Below, piece after piece: positions 25,812 to 34,927 of a stretch of DNA of 64,000 nt. The stretch's first letter is position 1; each line of letters begins with the position of its first letter. This DNA comes from a virus. Under the pieces are notes generated by a model. That model was not told the origin of the DNA and searched no databases. It saw only the letters and a list, made by a program, of their open reading frames with translations. Made by a program: the position numbers and the translations under genes. Location of the stretch: the IMG/VR virus record IMGVR_UViG_3300009157_000001, positions 62,635-126,634 of that record; one strand, 5' to 3'.

Positions 25812-26050
25812 GGATCTATCCGGGTTATACTCCTTATATTCTCTATATCTATTCTTCTGCTACCTCCAAGGTTAGGAGGAATATCATAGAGTATCAAATA
25901 AGACTCTCTTATATAGTATATAATACCCTGGAGTTCTTCACCATAATGTATCTGGCTATCTCTTATCTGTATATCTACCATATCCCCTGGTCCATATCCT
26001 ATACCAAAGATAGGGCCCAGGTCTATGTACTCATCTGAAAATGCATTCAT
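25808..26050 (-). CDS. PVFG-motif family paralog (cluster 3)
   Basis: EYIDLGPIFGIGYGPGD. Confidence 0.8.
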   Translation of the reverse strand: MNAFSDEYIDLGPIFGIGYGPGDMVDIQIRDSQIHYGEELQGIIYYIRESYLILYDIPPNLGGSRRIDIENIRSITRIDP

Positions 26051-26198
26051 ATCTTCTTGGTTATCAAGTTAAAACCGGTAGGTGTACCAGTGACATATCT
26101 ACTCCAACATTTTTACTCTTACCCCAACTCACAATGCAGGGTAGCCTTGTGTGGGAGCGCATTGTGTGTGGAGGGTTGCCAATGAGATACCAGGAAGA

Positions 26199-26232
26199 GG
26201 AAAAGGGAGAGGTTTTCCCCTCCCCTTATTCC
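26199..26232 (-). terminator. Probable intrinsic terminator
   Basis: Minus strand AAGGGGAGG-GGAAAA-CCTCTCCCTTTT downstream of 26248-26634. Confidence 0.6.
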
Positions 26233-26247
26233 TTATGATCCAGGGTC

Positions 26248-26634
26248 TTACGACTTGGCCAGATCTGCAGGTGCTTCCACCGGCACTGATGCAGGAACAC
26301 CTCCACTGAACAGCTTTGCAGCTGCTGCATTGGCAATGGCCTGTCCCAGGTTACCACCGTACTGTGCAGCAAGGTTGGCCTGAGCATTGATTTCACTCAT
26401 GTCTGCAATGTACCGACCTGCAGAAGTCTTCACAATTCCTGCTGATTTGCCAGCAAAACGGGTGGCGAAGAATAAAGGCTGACCCTTGTCATCTTCCCGG
26501 AGATTCTCTCCCTGATCTTTCTTGTACTCAGCAATCTCTGATTCTGAGCCGGACACTGCATAGACAAACACGTCATTTACATTGCCACTTGGGCTCCTTT
26601 TCTTGTAGGAGCTGCGCATTGTTCCTTTTAACAT
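26248..26634 (-). CDS. Hypothetical protein, probably an early monocistronic gene
   Basis: 128-aa ORF with its own upstream motif and terminator. Confidence 0.8.
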   Translation of the reverse strand: MLKGTMRSSYKKRSPSGNVNDVFVYAVSGSESEIAEYKKDQGENLREDDKGQPLFFATRFAGKSAGIVKTSAGRYIADMSEINAQANLAAQYGGNLGQAIANAAAAKLFSGGVPASVPVEAPADLAKS

Positions 26635-26744
26635 GACTTACAATTTTGAGTTAAACTACATATGCATTTTGCACATGCACTTCCTGTTCAGGGTTGCATA
26701 TGGAGATACTGGGCTCAAAAGAGAAAAGCTAGGATAGATCCTAG

Positions 26745-26945
26745 CTAATTCTCTGATACTCTGTCTATTCCGGTCTCTACGAGAACCTGGACAATCTCAG
26801 TGCCTACTATGGTAAGTCCATCATTGATGAGGATCTCAGGTTGTTTCTCTTTCATTCCCTGGATCCAGCCTCTGGCAAAAGCCACTGATGGCAAGATGTT
26901 CACCATGTTATAACTATCTGAGAACCTTATTATTCCTATTATCAT
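26745..26945 (-). CDS. Hypothetical protein
   Basis: 66-aa ORF, ATGA overlap. Confidence 0.6.
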   Translation of the reverse strand: MIIGIIRFSDSYNMVNILPSVAFARGWIQGMKEKQPEILINDGLTIVGTEIVQVLVETGIDRVSEN

Positions 26946-27193
26946 AGCTTTGGTTTTTTATGGTTTCTAACTAGTCTTTCTGCATCATAGAAGAATTGAC
27001 TCATTTGGTTAAAGGTGCCACCGAAGATAATATGTCCATTGGTTGTGAAGTGGATCATCATCTCCGGATATCTTCCTTTAAGTAAGTTTACTCCCGCATG
27101 AGCATGTATACTAACCCTATACTTAATAGAGTAGTATGATCCTTGACTGGTTCTATGTCCCCAGCCTGGTAATTGTAATAGTCTCTCTATCAT
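26942..27193 (-). CDS. Hypothetical protein
   Basis: 83-aa ORF. Confidence 0.6.
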   Translation of the reverse strand: MIERLLQLPGWGHRTSQGSYYSIKYRVSIHAHAGVNLLKGRYPEMMIHFTTNGHIIFGGTFNQMSQFFYDAERLVRNHKKPKL

Positions 27194-27233
27194 CTTATTA
27201 AGTGTTAAGGGTTAGTAAATAAGTACTGATGAG

Positions 27234-27446
27234 CTAAATGCTCACCAGTACACCTGCAACCGGGTTCAGTTTATAGAACCTTGAGTTGATATCATCAAAG
27301 AAGGTATTATCCTGCTCAGTCTCTTTCAATACTGATATAGGTATACCTTTAAGATTGTGGATCCGGGCCACTCTCTTTCTCATGTTACTGTACCTGAAGA
27401 TCTTCACTTTGTGAAGAATGCCTTCAATAATGCATGCTGCTATCAT
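27234..27446 (-). CDS. Hypothetical protein
   Basis: 70-aa ORF with A/C-rich leader. Confidence 0.6.
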   Translation of the reverse strand: MIAACIIEGILHKVKIFRYSNMRKRVARIHNLKGIPISVLKETEQDNTFFDDINSRFYKLNPVAGVLVSI

Positions 27447-28054
27447 GGTTAGTTGGTTTAGGTTAAACTTTAATTTGGTTTAGGGTTGCTTTCACAGAAC
27501 GTAATGAGAAAGCTCTCGGGAGGAAACAGAACATTATTCTGTTTGGAGGTAAAGCACCAGGTTTAGAACCCGGTGCTTATCCAACAAGCAGCAATCAAGA
27601 GAACATCAGCAATGACAGTGACAGGAAGAAGAGGCCTAGTGTGCTTCGTACCTTCGGTCCTTAGGACCTGGATGAGACATAGTGTTATCATATAGTTGCA
27701 GGTTATTGGTTACTAGACTGTTACTCGAAAAGCAGCATGAGGAGGACGTAGCTAAGAGGACCTCATCCCTCTCACCCGCATCGGGTGTCCTTATAAGCTG
27801 CTTCTTGGGTGAAGGGATAAGCCCTATTCCCGGGGATACACTTTAGCTCAGGCCGTAATAGTAGGCATAGAGCTCATACTCTCTGTTATTCATGATAACT
27901 TTTGATTTTAGTTCAGGGTTGAGATTCACATTCTGGGAAAGCATGAGAAGGAGCACAACAAATCTAAGTCTCTTCCCAGAGAGAAGACTTGTTCTGTGCC
28001 ATGAACTTTTTTCCTCAAGGACCTAATAGATAAGATCCTGATCCAGAGAAGGCA

Positions 28055-28101
28055 GGGGGTAGGGCCGGTTGGGGGAGAGAGCGGGGGGTTTGCGGGTGGG
28101 G
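28055..28101 (+). other. G-tract cluster (potential G-quadruplex) at the strand switch
   Basis: GGGGG-TA-GGG-CCGGTT-GGGGG-AGAGAGC-GGGGGG-TTTGC-GGG-T-GGGG. Confidence 0.7.
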
Positions 28102-28178
28102 AGTAGTGACATTCTCTACTTCAGATAAAACCTCCCCTAGAATTTTGATATAAGGTTTATACCCCTTACCTTTAGAAG

Positions 28179-28997
28179 ATGGGGTATAAAAAAATTTCTG
28201 GGATATACCTGATAAGAAATCTTCTGAATAGGAAGGTTTATGTAGGATCTTCTGTGAGCATAAAGAAACGGTGGCTTAATCATAGGAAGATACTAAAAGA
28301 AGGACTTCACCATAATACTCATCTTCAGTCTTCCTGGAAGAAGTATAGAGAGAACCTCTTTGATTTTTCTATAGTGGAGCTGTGTTCCCAAGAGGAGTTT
28401 GTAGATAAAGAAAGCTACTGGATAAGGTTTTATAAGTCTTTGGACCGGGCTCATGGTTATAATGCAGTGATCCCGGATTCTCCTAAAGTTTATGTTAAGA
28501 GAATTGTAAAAGCCAAAGCTCAGATACAGAAAGTTATAGTTTGTATAGAGATCAAAACCGGGGTTTTACAAAGAAGAACTCGTCTGGATATAGAAAAGGA
28601 TTTGGGAATCCCTCCCAAACGTGTTGGAAGAGTTTTGGATTACTGGATTTCTTCTTCTAAAAAGTATCTAAAAAGAAGTTATAAAGGGTATCTTTTTATA
28701 AGAAGTGAAGAATACATTCCAGATTTTGATTATATAAACTATCACAAAAGTTCAAAGAAGAGAGTAAAATCAAACCCTCTCCCAAGATTAAAGAAGATAT
28801 ACAAGCCTGTATCTGAGTATAATATAAAAAGAATTCCTATAATAGCTCAGAATGTAGAAACTGGACAGGAACAAACCTTCCCGAGTATTGAGAATTGTAT
28901 AAACTCTCTAAAGCTTCTTCCTAGAAGAGTATATGAGGCTCTTGCAAAGAACTTTAAGGTCCGGAGTCACAGAGGATTTTATTTTAGAAAAGCCTAA
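28179..28997 (+). CDS. GIY-YIG homing endonuclease with NUMOD1-like C-terminal repeats
   Basis: SGIYLIRN..KVYVGSS..RW..H, HHNTHLQSSW, E..WI, GYN. Confidence 0.9.
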   Translation: MGYKKISGIYLIRNLLNRKVYVGSSVSIKKRWLNHRKILKEGLHHNTHLQSSWKKYRENLFDFSIVELCSQEEFVDKESYWIRFYKSLDRAHGYNAVIPDSPKVYVKRIVKAKAQIQKVIVCIEIKTGVLQRRTRLDIEKDLGIPPKRVGRVLDYWISSSKKYLKRSYKGYLFIRSEEYIPDFDYINYHKSSKKRVKSNPLPRLKKIYKPVSEYNIKRIPIIAQNVETGQEQTFPSIENCINSLKLLPRRVYEALAKNFKVRSHRGFYFRKA

Positions 28998-29009
28998 GAA
29001 TCGCTATAT

Positions 29010-29210
29010 TTGTCTTTTATGACTGATATGACCCTTTCTGAGTTTATTACTCTTTCTACTGCCAGGGATAACTCAGACGGGTCCTGGTCTGTTGGTATTA
29101 TCCTCTCTACCGGTCAGCCTAGTACTTTAACTATCCAGAACTGTTCCTCAGAGTTTGATGCCAAGGAGAGGTCTTTTCTTTACCTGAGGAGTTTGATATA
29201 TAAGGAATAG
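29010..29210 (+). CDS. Hypothetical protein
   Basis: Short ORF co-oriented with the arm. Confidence 0.5.
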   Translation: MSFMTDMTLSEFITLSTARDNSDGSWSVGIILSTGQPSTLTIQNCSSEFDAKERSFLYLRSLIYKE

Positions 29211-29268
29211 TTTGTAGATTTGACTTGACCATCGAGCAATTAAGCCATGGTATTAATCTATCCAAACT

Positions 29269-29583
29269 ATGAAAAGCAGAATATCTATTGATGTTGATCA
29301 GGACAACCAACCTATCATCAAGATTGATCATGTTCACTCAGCGGATGTGAGAGATAAATTAGTAAAGAAGTTCCTGGAAGCTTTTGGTACCATGTCTTCC
29401 TGGTGCAAAGTAGATTTTAATCCCATCTACCAAGACCCTTCCAGAGACTGGGATGTGAACACGGTACATATAAGGCCCATATCCCCGGCAGAGCTCCCTG
29501 AACATATTGCTGGTATGGCAGAGTCCGAGACTTTAAGACAAGATTTCTTTAAACTTCAAAACAATGAGTCTAAGAAAAAGTAA
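29269..29583 (+). CDS. Hypothetical protein
   Basis: 104-aa ORF. Confidence 0.7.
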   Translation: MKSRISIDVDQDNQPIIKIDHVHSADVRDKLVKKFLEAFGTMSSWCKVDFNPIYQDPSRDWDVNTVHIRPISPAELPEHIAGMAESETLRQDFFKLQNNESKKK

Positions 29584-29734
29584 GGGTAAGCCCCGGGATG
29601 TCCAGGTTAGGATCCAGAAACTGGAAAAGGAACTGGACAAGCTTTATGAGAAGAAGAGGAAAGATACTCTCATTGGGTTCCGGACCCCTGGGGATAATAG
29701 GTAATTCCCTATTTATTTCTAACTTTGATCTTCC

Positions 29735-31120
29735 ATGGCTACATTCATATATACTAGGGTAACTTTCTCAGCACTTCTCTATCTTAACCAGTCTAATCAG
29801 GCTCTGGTTGGGACTAGATACATCACCCCTGATGAGTTTTTACATGAAGGTCAACCAGACGGTACTACTAAAAAGATTAGACAAGGTGCTGAGGCCTTTG
29901 TTGAGGATACTACATTAGATGCTCCCAGATCTTCTGTGGAGCCACCTGGACAAATACCTTTTTCTTATTCTAGTTCCGGGGTTGTTTCAAATCATATAGC
30001 TGGAGAGAATATCCCAGCAGGAAGAGTAGTCTCTCTTATAAATGGAAGAGTGTATCTATTCAATCCATCCAATACTAGTAACAGTTCCCGGGCAATAGGA
30101 GTATCCAAGGTTCTTGCTTGTAATGGTAAAAACTGTATTGTGATAAGAATGGGACAGCATATCTCAGCTACTAATCCTTTTACCACAAATTCTATTTACT
30201 ATGCTACAGCTTACGGAGTTCTATCAACTATCCCCGATCCTAATATAACTCTTGAGGTAGCAATAGCAAGAAATGATCATACTTTAGAAGTTGCTCTTAA
30301 TTTTACCCCAGCTCCTCTTGCTACTAACCTGGGTATATCAAATAGAACAGCTACTACTTTAGATATAACCAGTTCTACTGGCACAAGTGCCACTGTTCCA
30401 GAAGCTTCTATCACAGAAGCAGGTCTTTTAAATGCCTCAGATAAAATCCAACTCAACAACTTAGCAACAGATCTATCTTCCAAACTTGTTAAGGCATCTA
30501 ATCTCTCAGATCTTACTAATGTATCAGATGCCAGAACTAATCTTGGTCTTGTAATAGGAACAGATGTACAGGCTTATGATCCCTCACTATCTTCAATAGC
30601 AGGAGTATCTTGGGTTCAGGGTGATGTTCCCTACTTCAGTGGAGTAGATACTGCAGCTGCTCTGGCTAAAGATACGGGAACATCCCGGTTTATAAAGAAC
30701 TCCGGGGCAAGCAACAACCCGGCATGGGCACAACCTGCAACAACAGATCTTTCAGATGTAACCACATGGACCGATTATAGCGCAACATCGACTATATCCG
30801 GGTGGAGTTCTTTTACCACAAAGATACTCCGGTATCATGTAATGGGGAAAACTGTTATTTATTTTTGGTATATCTCGGGGACATCAAATTCCGTCAGTAA
30901 ATCCTACACAATAGCACAAATAGGAGTATCATTTGGAGGCGGTCAGAATGAAGCTGCAGGGTTTTCTGTTAATAATGGCACAACAAGTGCATCCGTAGGG
31001 TATCTCAATCTACCAGCCAATAGCAGTACAGCAAATGTGTACGCTACAGGAGCTGGGTCAAACTGGACAGGTTCCGGCACAGCAACATCTACTGGAGTGG
31101 TAACACTGGGAATACAATAA
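29735..31120 (+). CDS. Fibre-like virion protein
   Basis: Thr/Ser/Gly-rich; AGENIPAG..V, AGLLNASDK..L, NLSDL..ARTNLGL and IGTDVQAYD fibre motifs; beta-rich tip. Confidence 0.75.
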   Translation: MATFIYTRVTFSALLYLNQSNQALVGTRYITPDEFLHEGQPDGTTKKIRQGAEAFVEDTTLDAPRSSVEPPGQIPFSYSSSGVVSNHIAGENIPAGRVVSLINGRVYLFNPSNTSNSSRAIGVSKVLACNGKNCIVIRMGQHISATNPFTTNSIYYATAYGVLSTIPDPNITLEVAIARNDHTLEVALNFTPAPLATNLGISNRTATTLDITSSTGTSATVPEASITEAGLLNASDKIQLNNLATDLSSKLVKASNLSDLTNVSDARTNLGLVIGTDVQAYDPSLSSIAGVSWVQGDVPYFSGVDTAAALAKDTGTSRFIKNSGASNNPAWAQPATTDLSDVTTWTDYSATSTISGWSSFTTKILRYHVMGKTVIYFWYISGTSNSVSKSYTIAQIGVSFGGGQNEAAGFSVNNGTTSASVGYLNLPANSSTANVYATGAGSNWTGSGTATSTGVVTLGIQ

Positions 31121-31140
31121 CATAATAAACCAAAAAAACT

Positions 31141-31704
31141 ATGAAAACATTTATTGGAACAGAAGTAACAGAAGTAATCCAAGCAGTTGCCGAGGATAAA
31201 ATGCAAAAAATAACTATTCACAACCTTTCTATTATTGACCTGAATGTTGATGTGTGGATTGAAGACGAGCAAGGGGTAAAATCCTCCATTCGGGAACAGG
31301 GAGAATCTGCTATCCATGCTGCCCGAGGACATGCCAACTATGAGTTCAGTATTAAGACAGGAGGGAAATTACTGGCAAAAGCGGAGAAGGAAGACTCTGT
31401 TATTATTGAAATCATTGATTTTACAAAGGAAGAGTTGGAAATTAAGATTACTCAAATAGAAAAGAGGATTCAGGATAGGAAATTAGAGGGAATAAAAATG
31501 AGTAAAGAGATCAGTTCTCAAGTACAACAGTATGAAACAGGTATTCTTTTTCTGGAAGAAGATTACATAAAGAAGAAACAACAGCATCGGGATTCTATTG
31601 CTTCTCTTACAGCAAATAAGGTTAGTTTAGATAATTCAATCTTGGTAAATGAGGAGAATGATCTAAAAGAAATAGAAATGTACAGGTCTCAAATTAAACC
31701 TTGA
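31141..31704 (+). CDS. Hypothetical protein with C-terminal coiled coil (possible fibre chaperone)
   Basis: 187-aa ORF after the fibre gene. Confidence 0.6.
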   Translation: MKTFIGTEVTEVIQAVAEDKMQKITIHNLSIIDLNVDVWIEDEQGVKSSIREQGESAIHAARGHANYEFSIKTGGKLLAKAEKEDSVIIEIIDFTKEELEIKITQIEKRIQDRKLEGIKMSKEISSQVQQYETGILFLEEDYIKKKQQHRDSIASLTANKVSLDNSILVNEENDLKEIEMYRSQIKP

Positions 31705-31755
31705 GGAGATCCAATTTAATAGAAATATCCAAGTTTCTAGGAAATTATAAGAAAG

Positions 31756-31787
31756 TTTGCAGAAAAGACTTATATTTGCTATATTGT
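31756..31787 (+). promoter_or_regulatory. Putative promoter TTTG-N20-TATATTGT
   Basis: Same architecture at 33203, 49614 and 53557. Confidence 0.55.
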
Positions 31788-31805
31788 ATGTAAAATCTAT
31801 TTATC

Positions 31806-32645
31806 ATGGGACTAGAAAAGAATACCTACGGGGGCAAAGGAGATAGTGTCAGTTTCAAGATCAGGGTACTTAAACTTCTGGCTGCTATAGGAACCTCTGG
31901 GGGAGGAAGTGCCACAGAAGCTACTCTCTTACAGGTCTTAACTGCCCTTCAGAATATAGATATTAGTGTAGATAATATCGAGATTGATGCAGACCAGATC
32001 AATCTTAACACCGATACCCTGGAGGCCCTGATTGCTGCATCCAATGCCTTACTCACCACAATAGATACTTCCCTCAATAATATCGAGTCTGACTCTGCGG
32101 CTATCCTCTCTGGAATAACCGGGGTTGGGGGTACAAATTTCTTTCTTGCTTCTCTTGATGGTAATACAGTTTCTATTCTAACAGAGGTTACTGCTATTGA
32201 TGCAGGCATAAATGGAGTAGGAGGGGTTATTGACAAGTTAAGCACAGCAAACATTTCTCTTAGTGTATTAGATGATTGGGATGAAAGTGACCGGGCAAAG
32301 GTGAATCTTATTGTAGGACAAGTAGGTGTTGCAGGAGGAACAGGGGTAGATGCAGCAAATGTTATAAGAGTATCATTAGCAACAGACGTGCCTTTGCCGG
32401 CATTTGCATCAGGTACAGAAACCCCTACTGCTTCTATTGCAACAGATAGTACTGGTTCTCCTGTGACAGCCGGGAAAAAAGCAGTAATATTTACTACCGA
32501 TGCAACTTTTGCTGGCACTATATTAGGAGTTGCGAGAAATCCAAATACTTCTTATCCCTTTGAGGTTACAAATCCTGGTGCTACTCTTGCTGCAATTGCT
32601 TATACTGTAACTGCAGGAAGTATGACTATTGATGTACAAGTTTAA
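31806..32645 (+). CDS. Fibre-like/structural protein
   Basis: ATEATL motif, heptad-rich middle, beta-rich C-terminus. Confidence 0.65.
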   Translation: MGLEKNTYGGKGDSVSFKIRVLKLLAAIGTSGGGSATEATLLQVLTALQNIDISVDNIEIDADQINLNTDTLEALIAASNALLTTIDTSLNNIESDSAAILSGITGVGGTNFFLASLDGNTVSILTEVTAIDAGINGVGGVIDKLSTANISLSVLDDWDESDRAKVNLIVGQVGVAGGTGVDAANVIRVSLATDVPLPAFASGTETPTASIATDSTGSPVTAGKKAVIFTTDATFAGTILGVARNPNTSYPFEVTNPGATLAAIAYTVTAGSMTIDVQV

Positions 32646-32775
32646 TTTTCTGGAACAATAAATCCAGAAGGGCTTACATCTATCACAGTAGCATTTGCAA
32701 CTACTAAGTAATTATAACAGCCCAAATACTAACAGACGAAGATAAGATACGCCGGTCATTTATAAAACCATAACT

Positions 32776-33060
32776 ATGCTACTATTCACAGTTACAATCA
32801 CATGGGAGGCCGTTGCTGGGGTAATTGGCCTTGCTACATTCATCTGGGCTGTATTACGATATGTAAACGGCAAAGACAAGAATATTGCTGACCTAAAAGA
32901 GAGTTCTGCTCTTGTAGCAATAAACAGTCTGCGAGATGCCTTCAAGAAACTTTCAGATGAATTTGCCGAGAGGGACAGACAGATTATTATTTTGATGGAA
33001 CAGCATAACCAGCACCGTAAGGAGATTGATCTGATCTGGAAGAAACTTGAACATGAATAA
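32776..33060 (+). CDS. Holin-like membrane protein
   Basis: Single N-terminal TM helix plus coiled coil, near the amidase. Confidence 0.5.
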   Translation: MLLFTVTITWEAVAGVIGLATFIWAVLRYVNGKDKNIADLKESSALVAINSLRDAFKKLSDEFAERDRQIIILMEQHNQHRKEIDLIWKKLEHE

Positions 33061-33202
33061 CACCCTCCCCTATCTACTCAACTTGTCCGAACCCAAAGAT
33101 CACTTTCTCAAGAAGACTTCCAGGTTTAGAAAGAAGTCCTAACTTTATTAATCTCTGTATCAAGAGATTATCTATCATCTTCTCAATTATCTTCAAGTAA
33201 AC

Positions 33203-33233
33203 TTTGTAGGGTTAAACTTTTGATGTATCTTAG
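33203..33233 (+). promoter_or_regulatory. Putative promoter TTTG-N19-TATCTTAG
   Basis: Upstream of the amidase-packaging operon. Confidence 0.5.
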
Positions 33234-33260
33234 CATCAGAAATTTAAACCTTAAACCAAC

Positions 33261-33521
33261 ATGGAAGAAACCAAAGCATCTGACCCCCAACCCACTCCTG
33301 AACAGATTAAAGAACACAGAGAACTCATGGGAAAATTCTATGAGGAAAACATCCCATTTTTAGAAAAGCAGAGTAAGTATGAAACCCTGCTTGCTGATAT
33401 TCAGGAAGCAAGAGTAAGAAGAATGCATATGACTATTCAGCAAGCTCAGTTACAAGGGAATCAACCTACCAAATCAGGAGCAGAAACTCCAGTAAGAACT
33501 TTAAAAAAGGAAGAGAAATGA
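33261..33521 (+). CDS. Hypothetical helical protein
   Basis: 86-aa ORF, AAACCAAC leader, ATGA overlap with amidase. Confidence 0.75.
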   Translation: MEETKASDPQPTPEQIKEHRELMGKFYEENIPFLEKQSKYETLLADIQEARVRRMHMTIQQAQLQGNQPTKSGAETPVRTLKKEEK

Positions 33522-34144
33522 GTAAGTACCTTTTTATATTTGATCCAGGGCATGGTGGTCTTATCAATGGTAAGTATGTAACACCAGGCAAGAGAAGTCC
33601 TAAATTTGATAATGGGTCAGTTCTATATGAAGGGGTCAACAATAGAGAAATAGTTAAAAGGCTCTTAACTGTTTGTAAATCTGAGGGAATTGATGCCCTG
33701 GATATTACCAATGGGTCCAATGATGATGTTTCTCTTAGCAAAAGGGTTTCTAAAGCCAACAGTCTGCACCGGGAGAAAAGTTCTATCTATATCTCTATCC
33801 ATTCGGATGCTGCTGGGGATGGGATATCCTGGCATCAAGCAAGTGGTATATCTGTGTATACATCACCGGGACAGACTAAGTCTGATATCTTTGCTTCTCT
33901 GGTTATAGATGAACTAGAGAGGAACTTTGGATCTACAGTAAGGTGGAGAAAGGATACCACAGATTCAGATGAGGACAAGGAAGAAAACTTTTATGTCCTT
34001 AAAGAGACCATTATGCCTGCCATTTTAGGAGAGTTTGGATTTCATACAAACAAAGAAGAAGCTACTAAGATGCTCACAGATGAATGGAAGGGCAAGGTGG
34101 TAAATAGTATAGTATCTGCCATAAGGCAGTGGGAAAAGTTATAG
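33518..34144 (+). CDS. N-acetylmuramoyl-L-alanine amidase (Amidase_3), endolysin
   Basis: DPGHGG, YE..NR, LSKRV..AN, ISIHSDA, ENFYVL, PAILGEFGF. Confidence 0.92.
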   Translation: MSKYLFIFDPGHGGLINGKYVTPGKRSPKFDNGSVLYEGVNNREIVKRLLTVCKSEGIDALDITNGSNDDVSLSKRVSKANSLHREKSSIYISIHSDAAGDGISWHQASGISVYTSPGQTKSDIFASLVIDELERNFGSTVRWRKDTTDSDEDKEENFYVLKETIMPAILGEFGFHTNKEEATKMLTDEWKGKVVNSIVSAIRQWEKL

Positions 34145-34167
34145 TACGTCAGTCATAATAAACCAAC

Positions 34168-34539
34168 ATGGCAATTGTAAATCTTGTACAAAAGAGGATG
34201 AGAATGCCCTTATGGGACATTGTCAGGTATCAAATCATGCACTATTGTTATTTGAACAAACTTTGTGTAATTGACTCAGACCTTGATCTTTTAACCCTTC
34301 TTGCTTGTGTAGGAGAATCAGAGCTTTCCAAATTCTGTATTCTGGCCTCAGATAAAGGTATATTTACAGATCCCCAGACTGTCCGGAACAGACTGGCAAA
34401 GGCAGAGAAAAGAAGTCTTGTTATAAAACAAGGAAGAAATCGCAAGAAGATATACATCAATCCAGAGTTCAAAGTTCAGGCAACAGGTAATGTAATGTTA
34501 GATCTAAAGATAGCAAGTCTTGATACCAAAGAAAACTAA
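34168..34539 (+). CDS. Putative winged-helix DNA-binding protein
   Basis: IFTDPQTVRNRLAKAEKRSLVIK..IYINP pattern; position before the packaging genes. Confidence 0.6.
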   Translation: MAIVNLVQKRMRMPLWDIVRYQIMHYCYLNKLCVIDSDLDLLTLLACVGESELSKFCILASDKGIFTDPQTVRNRLAKAEKRSLVIKQGRNRKKIYINPEFKVQATGNVMLDLKIASLDTKEN

Positions 34540-34927
34540 GGAGTTCATTCCAGAGGTAGCAAAGGATTTGGATCTTGAGGAATCTTTTGTAAGAAATGTA
34601 GTAGATTTCTGGTGGGAAGACCTTAGAAAAGCCCTTTCTGATCTAAGGCATATCCGGATAAACATTCCTAGTTTTGGTACCTTCCAGGTAAGATACAAGA
34701 AACTAGAAGATATAAAGATGAAGTATGAGAAGATGATTACAAATCAGAGCATTACTACTTTTTCAGGTCATGCTATAAAAAAGAGACAACAGAAGATACT
34801 TGATGATGTAAACAGGACTTTGGAACTTTATCAACAAGAATTCAAAAGAAGAGAACTACATAAAGAGAAAAGATATGGACCTAAAAAAGATATGGCAAAA
34901 CCGGGAGAAGATCCTGGAAGGGATTAA
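34520..34927 (+). CDS. HU/IHF-like DNA-binding protein
   Basis: EVAKDLDL..V..VV..W...INIPSFGTFQV; TTG start. Confidence 0.7.
   Translation: MIPKKTKEFIPEVAKDLDLEESFVRNVVDFWWEDLRKALSDLRHIRINIPSFGTFQVRYKKLEDIKMKYEKMITNQSITTFSGHAIKKRQQKILDDVNRTLELYQQEFKRRELHKEKRYGPKKDMAKPGEDPGRD

Larger units (their letters stand above)
26686..27921 (-). repeat. Four copies of AACCCTNAAC upstream of the first left-arm genes
   Basis: Plus strand gttcagggttg 26686, gttaagggtta 27204, gtttagggttg 27478, gttcagggttg 27911. Confidence 0.65.

Noticed and set aside
648-26238. Plus-strand ORFs in the left arm (and minus-strand ORFs in the right arm)
   Set aside because: Antisense shadows of well-packed genes, without recognisable motifs or leaders
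32646-32711. Readthrough extension of 31806-32645 (21 further sense codons)
   Set aside because: Too short to distinguish from chance, and the protein ends plausibly at the TAA
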